Source of the DNA: Candidatus Binatia bacterium
GTDB lineage: Bacteria > Desulfobacterota > Binatia > UBA9968 > JAJDTQ01
Direction: 5' to 3'
Assembly: GCA_963422385.1 (NCBI GenBank)
Contig: OY729432.1
Coordinates: 1,109,666 to 1,173,665, forward strand
DNA length: 64,000 bases
In this document: one piece after another, positions 56,133-64,000 of the stretch
How positions within the stretch are numbered: the stretch's first letter is position 1
How the letters are laid out: each line of letters begins with the position of its first letter
Made by a program: the position numbers and the translations under genes
Notes under the pieces: model-generated
Databases searched by the model: none
What the model saw: only the letters and a program-made list of their open reading frames with translations
What the model was told of the DNA's origin: nothing

Positions 56133-58081
56133 CGATGCGTCTCGACATCTCCATCGGACCCGTGCAGGGCTTCGTCGCCCAGTCACGCCGCACACGCGAT
56201 CTCTGGGGGAGCTCCTATCTGCTGTCTTTTCTTTGTGCCCACGCGATGCGTGGTGCGGAACAGGCCGGCGCCAGGTTCATCCAACCGGTTGCCGGGGTTG
56301 TCGAGAAGGACCGGCTTTACCGTTGGGTTCGCGGCCAACGAGAGGGAGAACCGCCGCGAATCGGTTCGTTGCCGAACCATTTTGCTGTAGAAGTCGAGGG
56401 AGATGCCCGGAATGTTGCTGACGCGAGCGAACAGGCGTTCAACGATGCCTGGAAGCAGGCGTACAAGGCCGTGTGGAAGCAGTTTGTTGAACGTGCCTGT
56501 CCATCGGGCAACGCAACGGATGAAATCTGGAACCGTCAGGTTGGTGGATTCTGGGAGGTCACGTGGACGGCCGGGGACGTGCGTACAGAGGGCGGTTTGC
56601 TCGGCCGCCGCAAGCATTGGCGCAGCCACCGTCCACCCGAGGAGTCCGGCGACAAGTGCACGGTCATGCACGATTTGCAGGAGTTGTCGGGCCATGTTCG
56701 AGGGGAACACCGAACAAGCCGGGACTTGCAGAATCGGTTTTGGAAGACCGTTGGTGAACGCCTCGGACCGCTGGATTTGCGAGACGACGAACGTTTGTGC
56801 GCCGTCGCGTTGGTGAAGCGACTGTTCCCGAAGGTCGCCCGCGAAGCCTTGGGCTGGCGGGTCGACGCCTCGCACTGGCCGTCAACCGTTTATGTCGGTG
56901 CCGTTCCCTGGATTTGCCAAGTCGTGCAGACCAAACCGGGACTGGCACAGAAATACGCTGAAGCTGTCAGACAGAGCACAACCGACGTTCTGGCGGAACA
57001 TAAGCCTCTGTTCGCCAGCCTGGAGAAGAATGCCGGCGACTTCGCCAAGCTCGACGCGAACTACATGCACCGTGAATTCGTCGCCAATGAACGACTCTGT
57101 CCGTTGGCCGTAGACGGTGCTCGCGATAAGTTGAAAGAACTGCTGAAAGCCATTTACGACACGTCCGACGAAGCCGGTCACATACTTGGTCCACCACCGA
57201 CGTTCTACGCCCTTCTCCTTGCTGACGGCGACCGCCTCGGCAAGCTGGTGGGTGAACTCGGGGGCGAGACGGTAAGCAACGCGTTGGCAGCTTTCACAAA
57301 CAAAGTTCCACAGATCGTGAGAGAATCCGGCGGTGTCACGGTCTACGCGGGTGGAGACGACGTGCTCGCCATGCTGCCCGTGGTGGGCGCGCTGGACTGT
57401 GCGGACAACCTCGCCGAGGCGTATCGAGCCACGTTCAAGGACACCGAGGCGCCTGCCCGTGCGACCCTCTCCGCGGCGGTGGTCTTCGCCCACGTTCGTT
57501 TGCCGCTCAACCACGTCGTTGGCCAAGCGCATCGGCTGCTGGACGACGTTGCCAAGGATGGTAATGGCCGCAACTCCCTGGTCGCAGCGGTCCTCAAACC
57601 CGGCGGAATGCAGTGCCAATGGGTGACGACGTGGGCTCGCAGTGGCCCGGAAGGCGAGGTGCGCGCGGTGGGATCGCTCGGTGATCTGATCGGACAACTC
57701 AAAAGCAGCGCAACGGAACCGGGCCTCTCCTCGTCACTCATTTACCGGATGCGGGACACGTTCACCCGGCTCTGCGGCTGGGACCGATGGCGCCCCGGCA
57801 ACTGGGGCACGCTCCCCCAAGGTCTGGATGTTCGCGCATTCCTGCGGGCGGAGATACACCACAGCCTGGATGTGAGGATGGATAGCGGTGCCGACGCTCG
57901 CGCCAACGGAATGACTGCCAGCGTCTGGAACCTCCTGGGTCCGGCGCGGAATCCACAAGGCGACAAGCCCGACGCGGTGCCGGGGAGCAGCGAAAACACA
58001 CCTGTTACCGAAGCCGGCGTTGACTCGCTCTTGCTCGCCCGCTTTCTCGCGGACCCTGAAGAACAGGAGTCAAACCGATGA
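56129..58081 (+). CDS. cmr2: Type III-B Cmr2/Cas10 without an N-terminal HD domain; both Palm motifs are intact
   Basis: GPVQGFVAQSRRTRDLWGSSYLLSFL, LLADGDRLGKL, and YAGGDDVLAMLPV (the GGDD cyclase motif). At 650 aa it begins at the position where HD-containing Cas10 proteins have finished their HD domain. Confidence 0.9.
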   Translation: MTMRLDISIGPVQGFVAQSRRTRDLWGSSYLLSFLCAHAMRGAEQAGARFIQPVAGVVEKDRLYRWVRGQREGEPPRIGSLPNHFAVEVEGDARNVADASEQAFNDAWKQAYKAVWKQFVERACPSGNATDEIWNRQVGGFWEVTWTAGDVRTEGGLLGRRKHWRSHRPPEESGDKCTVMHDLQELSGHVRGEHRTSRDLQNRFWKTVGERLGPLDLRDDERLCAVALVKRLFPKVAREALGWRVDASHWPSTVYVGAVPWICQVVQTKPGLAQKYAEAVRQSTTDVLAEHKPLFASLEKNAGDFAKLDANYMHREFVANERLCPLAVDGARDKLKELLKAIYDTSDEAGHILGPPPTFYALLLADGDRLGKLVGELGGETVSNALAAFTNKVPQIVRESGGVTVYAGGDDVLAMLPVVGALDCADNLAEAYRATFKDTEAPARATLSAAVVFAHVRLPLNHVVGQAHRLLDDVAKDGNGRNSLVAAVLKPGGMQCQWVTTWARSGPEGEVRAVGSLGDLIGQLKSSATEPGLSSSLIYRMRDTFTRLCGWDRWRPGNWGTLPQGLDVRAFLRAEIHHSLDVRMDSGADARANGMTASVWNLLGPARNPQGDKPDAVPGSSENTPVTEAGVDSLLLARFLADPEEQESNR

Positions 58082-59241
58082 TTGGCGTCCAGCTCCAGCC
58101 GGTTGACACTTGGTTCTTTCGCGATGGGACGCCGTTCACCAAGGAGAGCGCGCCACAGGAGAACGTCAGCAGCCTGTTCCCACCGCATCCGCCGACGGTC
58201 GTGGGCGCACTCCGGGCCGCATTAGCATCAGCTCGCGGCAACGGTTGGACTGGCCAAGGGGAATGGCCGCCGGGAATTTGCGACGTGCTCGGCGACGGCC
58301 CCGAGAACCTGGGGCTTCTTTCCTTTGTCGGCCCGGTCCTTCTCCGAGATAACGCGCCGCTTTTTCGCGCGCCGCGTCATCTGCTGGGTTCGACCGACGA
58401 TGCGTGCTGGCGCCCGCGCATATTCCTCCGGCCCGGCCCTCCGGTGATGTGCGATCTGGACGACGCGACGCAGATCCCGGAGGTGTCCGGCACTACAGGA
58501 GAAATCGAAAAGCTCAAGACCGGCGATGCCTGTTGGCTGACACGGGCCGGCATGAGCGCGGTGCTTCACGGTCGTCGTCCGTGTCCCGACGACATGATAC
58601 CGGACTGCTGTCTGTGGTCCGACGAATCGCGCGTCGGGCTGGAACGCGACAACACGAAGCGCACGGCCAGGGAAGGTATGCTCTACAGTAACCGACACAT
58701 TCGTCCGCTGCGGGGAGTTTCACTCGGCGTGCAGATTGCCGGCCTGCCTCAAGGCTGGACGCCGCCCTTTGGAGAGTTGATACCACTGGGCGGCGAGAGC
58801 CGACTTGCCGAGTGTCAGGCGTGGAACGCGGATTTGGCTCTTGAGACGGACATGGAGAAAATCAAGGCAACCGGGAAGGCCACAGTCATGGCTCTTTCAC
58901 CGATGGAACTGGCGGAGGAAATCTGTCGCGGCGCCAAACCGATAGACGATCTGGGCGGCGCCCGTGTCGTATCGGCCTGCCTGGACCGGCCGCTACGAAT
59001 CGGAGGGTGGAATTCCCTGGCACGGCGTCCGTTGCCGCTGCGATCCGTGTTGCCATCGGGCAGTGTCCTCTTTTGCGAGGTCGACGACCCGGAACGCTTC
59101 GCGGAGAGCATGGCAGCCGGCGATGAGTTGCCACGCATGACGTCAGGCAATGCGCTGGCACGCATCGGGTCGCGCCGTGAATGGGGTTTTGGCCTTGTCG
59201 CTGTCGGCAGTTGGCCGGATGAACAGGAGGAAAATTCATGA
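58078..59241 (+). CDS. cmr3: Type III-B Cmr3 (Cas5 group)
   Basis: LQPVDTWFFRDGTPF N-terminal motif; ATGA overlap with the cmr2 stop. Confidence 0.85.
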   Translation: MIGVQLQPVDTWFFRDGTPFTKESAPQENVSSLFPPHPPTVVGALRAALASARGNGWTGQGEWPPGICDVLGDGPENLGLLSFVGPVLLRDNAPLFRAPRHLLGSTDDACWRPRIFLRPGPPVMCDLDDATQIPEVSGTTGEIEKLKTGDACWLTRAGMSAVLHGRRPCPDDMIPDCCLWSDESRVGLERDNTKRTAREGMLYSNRHIRPLRGVSLGVQIAGLPQGWTPPFGELIPLGGESRLAECQAWNADLALETDMEKIKATGKATVMALSPMELAEEICRGAKPIDDLGGARVVSACLDRPLRIGGWNSLARRPLPLRSVLPSGSVLFCEVDDPERFAESMAAGDELPRMTSGNALARIGSRREWGFGLVAVGSWPDEQEENS

Positions 59242-60071
59242 GAACAGCGATGCTCGGTCTCTTGGCCGAGACGCCCATCCATCCCGGCTCCGGGCGCGGC
59301 ATGGGTGTGGTGGACCTGCCCGTGGCGCGAGAAGCTGCCACCGACTACCCCGTGCTCGTCGGATCGAGCTTGAAGGGCGCATTGCGGGACAAGACGGGCA
59401 AGAATGCGGACGAAAATGCCGCGAACGAGAGGTTCGGGAAACCGGAGCAGGCGGGCGACCTGCTCGTCTCGGACGCGCGTCTGTTGTTGCTGCCCGTGCG
59501 TAGTCTGACCGGCGCGTACCGCTGGGCCACATGCCCGCATCTCGTCGAACGGTACGTTCGCGATTGCGCCCGGGCGGGCAGGCGAACGGAATCTCTGGCA
59601 CCTCCCGATGTGAAGGAGGGGGAAGTTCTGACGTCCGGTTCAGGCGATCTGTTCCTCGAAGAAAGACAATTCCCTATCTGTGGCGAACCTGCATCCGAGT
59701 TGGCGCGCGCCATCGCGCCGTTGCTGCTCCACCAGGAAACACGGGAACGGCTGCATGGACAGATTGCCGTGCTGTGTGACGACGACTTCGCCTGGTTTGT
59801 CCGCTATGGCCTTTCCATTCAGGCGCGCAACCATCTGGAAGACGAGACCAAAAAGAGCAAGAACCTGTGGTACGAGGAAACTCTGCCTCCCGATACGCTG
59901 CTTTACTCTCTCGTCGCGGGCCGAAACGACGCGGCTCTCGACACCCTGGATTCCCTCTTCCCCGACAGCGATCCCTACCTGCAAGCCGGCGGCAACGAGA
60001 CCGTGGGCCAGGGCTGGTTCGCTGTCAGGGTCCTTAAGCCCGTGGCACCGGATGCGGAGGAATCGCAATGA
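59238..60071 (+). CDS. cmr4: Type III-B Cmr4 (Cas7 backbone subunit)
   Basis: ETPIHPGSGRGMGVVDLPVAREAATDYPVLVGSSLKGALR is the canonical Cmr4 start. Confidence 0.9.
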   Translation: MRTAMLGLLAETPIHPGSGRGMGVVDLPVAREAATDYPVLVGSSLKGALRDKTGKNADENAANERFGKPEQAGDLLVSDARLLLLPVRSLTGAYRWATCPHLVERYVRDCARAGRRTESLAPPDVKEGEVLTSGSGDLFLEERQFPICGEPASELARAIAPLLLHQETRERLHGQIAVLCDDDFAWFVRYGLSIQARNHLEDETKKSKNLWYEETLPPDTLLYSLVAGRNDAALDTLDSLFPDSDPYLQAGGNETVGQGWFAVRVLKPVAPDAEESQ

Positions 60072-60478
60072 GGACCATCGAGCAGGAACGTGCGGCAAAC
60101 GCCCTTGGACGTGTAAACAAATTGAGTAGTGAGACCAACGACTTCAAAAAGCGATACAGAAGCTATGTCGACCGCCTCGGACCGACCATCGTGCTGAACG
60201 GTCTGGGCCAGGCACTGGCTACCGAGCGCGCTACGGCCGGCTCAGAACCGAAGGAACCGGACGAAAAGGCGCACCAGATGCTTTATGACAGCTTGCAGAG
60301 CTGGCTTTGCCGCGACGATGGCGTTTATCCGCCCGGCAACGATCTCTTGCAGGTTCTCATGGAGAAGGACGAAGTGCTTTACCTCCGCGCCCAGGCCGAA
60401 GCGCTGGCATGGCTTGAGTGGCACAAGAAATGCTGCCGAGCCTCGTTCCCGAAAAGCGATCCAGGAGACAAGCCGTGA
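60068..60478 (+). CDS. cmr5: Type III-B Cmr5 (Cas11 small subunit)
   Basis: A 136-aa helical protein positioned between cmr4 and cmr6 with coupled ATGA/GTGA overlaps. Confidence 0.7.
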   Translation: MRTIEQERAANALGRVNKLSSETNDFKKRYRSYVDRLGPTIVLNGLGQALATERATAGSEPKEPDEKAHQMLYDSLQSWLCRDDGVYPPGNDLLQVLMEKDEVLYLRAQAEALAWLEWHKKCCRASFPKSDPGDKP

Positions 60479-61617
60479 CTCTGCCGCTTTACAAGGCCGT
60501 GGCTGACCGACCGCCAAGCCGGGAGGTTACGGGACATGCGGGCCTGTGGTTCGACAAGTTCTGCAACCAGTGGCGCCATGAGAAGTCCACCTGGACCATG
60601 AAGAGCCGCGACGAGCACAACCCCAAGCTCCAATGGATCAAGACCCTGACGACGGGAAAAGTCGGTGCGGCGCCACACCTCCAGGAGACCGCGCTGCGCC
60701 TTGCGGCATTGGTCGAGAGCCGTAAAGGACACGTTGAAGTGTTCACCACGACGTCACGCTTCGTCACGGGCCTGGGCCGCAGCCATCCCATCGAGAACGG
60801 CTTTGCCTGGCATCCGACACTGGGAACACCGTATGTGCCGGGAAGCTCGGTGAAGGGTCTGGTTCGTTCCTGGGCCAAGCTGGAGGCTGACCCGCGTCCG
60901 GACAAGCAGCTTCGGGAACGCCTGCTTGGAACGCCTGATAAAGCGGGTAGCCTGTGTTTCCTCGATGCCATCCCTATTGCCCCCGTGCAGCTCGAAGCAG
61001 ACGTGATGACGCCTCACTACGCAGGCTGGAGTGTGGATGACCCGCCGGGAGATTGGCGGTCGCCGACGCCCATCCCCTTCCTGACCACGGCCGCGGATAC
61101 CCCCTTCCTGTTCGGTGTGACTCCGGTCCGTGACATTTCAGACGCTGACCTGCGTGCCGTCCAGGAATGGCTGCGCGCAGCCCTCGCGTGGGGCGGAGCT
61201 GGCTCCAAGACGGCGATTGGATACGGCCGCTTCGAGAGCAACGAGCGGGAAACGACCAGCCTGACGGACAGGATACGGAAGCGCAAAGAAGCGCGCGAGA
61301 CGTTGATGCAGGCCGAGAGGACGGCAAGGGAGCGTGCAGAGCGGTTGGCGGCTCTCAGCCCTACGGAGCGCGAGATCGAGGAATTGCTCAATACGCGTCG
61401 GGACAGAAACGTGCCTGAAATCACCGCCATCATTCAGGCAGTCAAGAGCGGTCGCTGGACTGGCGACGCCAAAATCGAAGCCGCACGATGTCTGAAGGAC
61501 CGGATGACCAGAGCGAAGAAGTGGAAAGAAACCAGCCGGAAGAAACAGCCTGCCAAGGACCGGGATTACCAGGACACGTTGACCGTCATACGCTGGCTGC
61601 GGGGCGAAGCGTCATAG
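60475..61617 (+). CDS. cmr6: Type III-B Cmr6 (Cas7 group)
   Basis: GLGRSHPIENGFAWHPTLGTPYVPGSSVKGLVRSW, the RAMP G-rich loop; a GTG start at 60475 overlapping the cmr5 stop (alternatively the GTG at 60418). Confidence 0.85.
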   Translation: MTLPLYKAVADRPPSREVTGHAGLWFDKFCNQWRHEKSTWTMKSRDEHNPKLQWIKTLTTGKVGAAPHLQETALRLAALVESRKGHVEVFTTTSRFVTGLGRSHPIENGFAWHPTLGTPYVPGSSVKGLVRSWAKLEADPRPDKQLRERLLGTPDKAGSLCFLDAIPIAPVQLEADVMTPHYAGWSVDDPPGDWRSPTPIPFLTTAADTPFLFGVTPVRDISDADLRAVQEWLRAALAWGGAGSKTAIGYGRFESNERETTSLTDRIRKRKEARETLMQAERTARERAERLAALSPTEREIEELLNTRRDRNVPEITAIIQAVKSGRWTGDAKIEAARCLKDRMTRAKKWKETSRKKQPAKDRDYQDTLTVIRWLRGEAS

Positions 61618-61640
61618 ACGACCGCCCCGCGTGCTGAACA

Positions 61641-64000
61641 ATGTCCCTGACTAACAAAGTGAGTCCCGTGACTGACCTGACCGCGACAGACTTCGCCGAC
61701 TTCTTTGCGGGGTCTTGGGGCTATCAGCCCTTTGCATGGCAGCAGACATTGGCGGAGAGGGTGCTGGAACATCCAGAGTCTCCCTGGCCCGAGGCGATCG
61801 CTCTACCGACGGCTTCCGGAAAGACCGCTTGCCTGGATATAGCGGTGTTCGCGTTGGCGGTCCAAGCGTCGCGGATGGAGCGAAAGCAGACCATCACCGC
61901 GCCTCGCCGCATCTTCTTCGTAGTGGACCGGCGCGTGATCGTGGACGAGGCATACGAGCGCGCCAAGCGGTTGGCAAAGAAACTGGATGAAGCCGATGCG
62001 GGCATCGTCAAGAGGGTCGCGGACAATCTTCGACAGATCGCCCACGGCGAACCGACGAACTCAGATCGCGAACGACCGCTGGCTGCCCATTTGTTGCGCG
62101 GCGGCATGTACCGCTCCGAAGCCTGGGCGCGGAATCCGCTACAACCGACGGTGGTGGCATCCACCGTTGATCAGATCGGCTCTCGTCTGCTGTTCCGCGC
62201 CTATGGACGCGGCTTCGGCACTTGGCCGATCCATGCCGGACTCATCGCCAACGACAGCCTCATCCTCCTCGACGAGGCGCATTGCGCTCAGCCGTTTCTT
62301 CAGACCTTGCGGGCGGTTCGACGTTTCCGGACCTGGGGGCACAATCCGCTCAAGCGATGCTTCTTTCCCGTGGTCATGTCCGCCACGCCACCGCTAGGGA
62401 TGACGGACGTATTCGAGGACCAGTCCGACGAACGGCTCGATCCGCGCCATCCGCTTGGCCGACGCCAATCGGCGCACAAACCCGCGGTCCTCAAGGCAGT
62501 CCACAACGCCAAGGGACCAAAAGCCACACATGTATTGGCTCGGGCTCTAGCCAATGCAGGAGTGGAACTGGTCAACGAACAACGTCGAGCGATCGTGATA
62601 TTCGCCAACCGCGTGGCGACGGCGCGGCAGACTCACCGGCTGTTGACGGCCGATCACGGAGACCGCGTGGTCCTGCTCACCGGCCGTATGCGCCCCGTGG
62701 ACAAGGACGCCATCGTTCAACAGCGTTTGAAGCTCCTTTACTCGAATCAGTCCGGGCAACGCGCTCTGGAAGAGCCGCTCATGGTCGTGGCTACTCAAAC
62801 CCTGGAAGTCGGGGCCGACCTCGACTTCGATGGTCTCGTCACCGAGTGCGCAAGTCTCGACGCCCTGCGTCAACGCTTCGGCCGCTTGAACCGCATGGGG
62901 CGCCCCATAGAGGCGCGAGCGGTGATCCTTGTCCGTGGGGATCAGGCCGGAGCAACGGCGGACGAGCCGGCGGCGACGAAAGTGAAGACGGGAGAGAACG
63001 AGGACCCTGTTTACGGTCGAGCCTTGACCCGGACGTGGACGTGGCTCAATACGCACAACGCCGAGACGGGCGAGGTCGACTTCGGAATCTCATCCCTCGG
63101 CCCGCAATTGCCGGAGGGCGATTCCCTGGCAGCACTAAACGCCCCGACCCGTGACGCTGCGGTGATGCTTCCCGCCCACCTCGATTGCTGGGCGCAGACG
63201 GCCCCAGCCCCATGCCCTTCCCCCGACGTCGGCCTGTTCCTGCATGGTCCGCGCGAAAGCGTGGCTGACGTGCAGGTCTGTTGGCGCGCGGACCTGGATC
63301 TGATCGAGGAGAAGGAAACAGTGCTGGAGCTGCTGTCCTTGTGCCCACCGAGCAGCAACGAGACGCTGCCGGTGCCGATCGGCGTATTCCGGCGTTGGCT
63401 GGCCGGGGGAGCCATCGAAGACGACAGCGCCGATGTGGAGGGAATCGGCACAGAAGACGACAGCAGCGGGAGGAGTGCGCCGGTAGTCCGGTGGCGCGGG
63501 GCAGGGACCGACGGGGACGACATCACGGATGACCCCAAGCTGGTTCGGCCCGGCGACGTGATCGTGATTCCGACCCGCCATCCGGGACAAGCGCGCCGAC
63601 TCGGCGACGTGCCGCAGGACGCTGTCCTCGACGTAGGTGACGAGGCCTATCGCCGCGCCCGCGCCAAGCCCATCCTTAGGCTGAGTCCGGCGCTCGTGAA
63701 CGATTGGCCGGACTCCATCAATGCAAAGGCCGCTGCATCCGGACTGTTGAAGAATCTGGAGCAGAGGTACGAGGATGATCCGCACGAGCTCGGCGATGCC
63801 TTGCGGGAGTTGCTGACGGAGGTGGCCGACTCGGAACCGATCTCGGAACGCTGGGCCTGGTTGCCGCAAGCGGCGAAAGAGCTGGCGGACGAGTACCGAG
63901 GCGCCGTGTTGGACCGCGCCTATCGGGTTGTCGGTAAAGAAAGCATCGTCCTCGTCGGGCATCGCCGCCTGCAACACCTCGCCCACGAAGCCGACAGCTT
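61641..64000 (+). CDS. cas3: Cas3-like superfamily-2 helicase with the helicase domain first (type I-G style); the ORF continues past the window end
   Basis: My own translation from ATG 61641 is open through 64000 and is absent from the ORF track because it has no stop. FADFFAGSWGYQPFAWQQTLAERVL; motif I LPTASGKTAC; motif II LLDEAHC; ATQTLEVGADLDFD; motif VI LRQRFGRLNRMGR. Confidence 0.7.
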   Translation, partial: MSLTNKVSPVTDLTATDFADFFAGSWGYQPFAWQQTLAERVLEHPESPWPEAIALPTASGKTACLDIAVFALAVQASRMERKQTITAPRRIFFVVDRRVIVDEAYERAKRLAKKLDEADAGIVKRVADNLRQIAHGEPTNSDRERPLAAHLLRGGMYRSEAWARNPLQPTVVASTVDQIGSRLLFRAYGRGFGTWPIHAGLIANDSLILLDEAHCAQPFLQTLRAVRRFRTWGHNPLKRCFFPVVMSATPPLGMTDVFEDQSDERLDPRHPLGRRQSAHKPAVLKAVHNAKGPKATHVLARALANAGVELVNEQRRAIVIFANRVATARQTHRLLTADHGDRVVLLTGRMRPVDKDAIVQQRLKLLYSNQSGQRALEEPLMVVATQTLEVGADLDFDGLVTECASLDALRQRFGRLNRMGRPIEARAVILVRGDQAGATADEPAATKVKTGENEDPVYGRALTRTWTWLNTHNAETGEVDFGISSLGPQLPEGDSLAALNAPTRDAAVMLPAHLDCWAQTAPAPCPSPDVGLFLHGPRESVADVQVCWRADLDLIEEKETVLELLSLCPPSSNETLPVPIGVFRRWLAGGAIEDDSADVEGIGTEDDSSGRSAPVVRWRGAGTDGDDITDDPKLVRPGDVIVIPTRHPGQARRLGDVPQDAVLDVGDEAYRRARAKPILRLSPALVNDWPDSINAKAAASGLLKNLEQRYEDDPHELGDALRELLTEVADSEPISERWAWLPQAAKELADEYRGAVLDRAYRVVGKESIVLVGHRRLQHLAHEADS

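Noticed and set aside
62222-63154. Plus-strand ORFs 61715..61990, 61987..62397 and 62222..63154 inside the cas3 region
   Set aside because: Wrong frames, Arg-rich. The frame starting at 61641 is open to the window end and carries the helicase motifs.

Overview
This window is from a GC-rich (~65%) bacterial chromosome and contains housekeeping and catabolic genes plus several accessory elements that are worth a closer look.

Genes called from the sequence, in order:
- a PstS-like phosphate-binding protein
- an ars operon (arsR, an aquaglyceroporin, arsC)
- dcd, a dsbA-like gene, and a trmJ-like methyltransferase
- two acyl-CoA dehydrogenases flanking an ADP-forming acetyl-CoA synthetase
- a selenocysteine gene set: selA, selB, and selD carrying an in-frame UGA
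- accB and accC
- a divergent oxyR/catalase pair in which oxyR has an in-frame amber stop
- a cluster of amidohydrolases, an aldolase, a nitroreductase and alpha/beta hydrolases
- tag

Accessory elements:
- A complete diversity-generating retroelement (DGR) on the minus strand, about 36.8-40.8 kb. It has a DGR-type RT, an Avd-like gene, and a 120-bp TR/VR pair whose differences are almost all at TR adenines. The target is a secreted caspase-domain protein with a C-terminal FGE/C-type-lectin-fold domain. It lies in an operon with OmpA-like and DUF4384 genes.
- A composite CRISPR-Cas locus, about 49.6-64.0 kb and continuing past the window end. It has type I-G cas7 (csb1) and cas5/cas6 (csb2); csb2 carries a roughly 215-aa phosphoribosyltransferase-like insertion with a canonical PRPP-binding motif. 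These are followed by csx1 (CARF-HEPN), a full type III-B cmr1-6 module in which Cas10 has no HD domain but an intact GGDD motif, and then a Cas3-like helicase. No CRISPR array, cas1/2/4, cas8 or stand-alone cas6 is visible in the window.
- An AAA-ATPase/PD-(D/E)XK gene immediately upstream of the cas genes, with a truncated paralog about 36 kb away.
- Several gene fragments: an IS630 transposase N-terminus, a subtilisin C-terminal fragment, a Gfo/Idh/MocA tail and a deacetylase-like fragment.
- A low-GC two-gene island of unknown function.
- Multiple intergenic repeats, including two copies of an ~80-nt conserved core inside long non-identical inverted-repeat arms.

No rRNA or tRNA genes were recognised.
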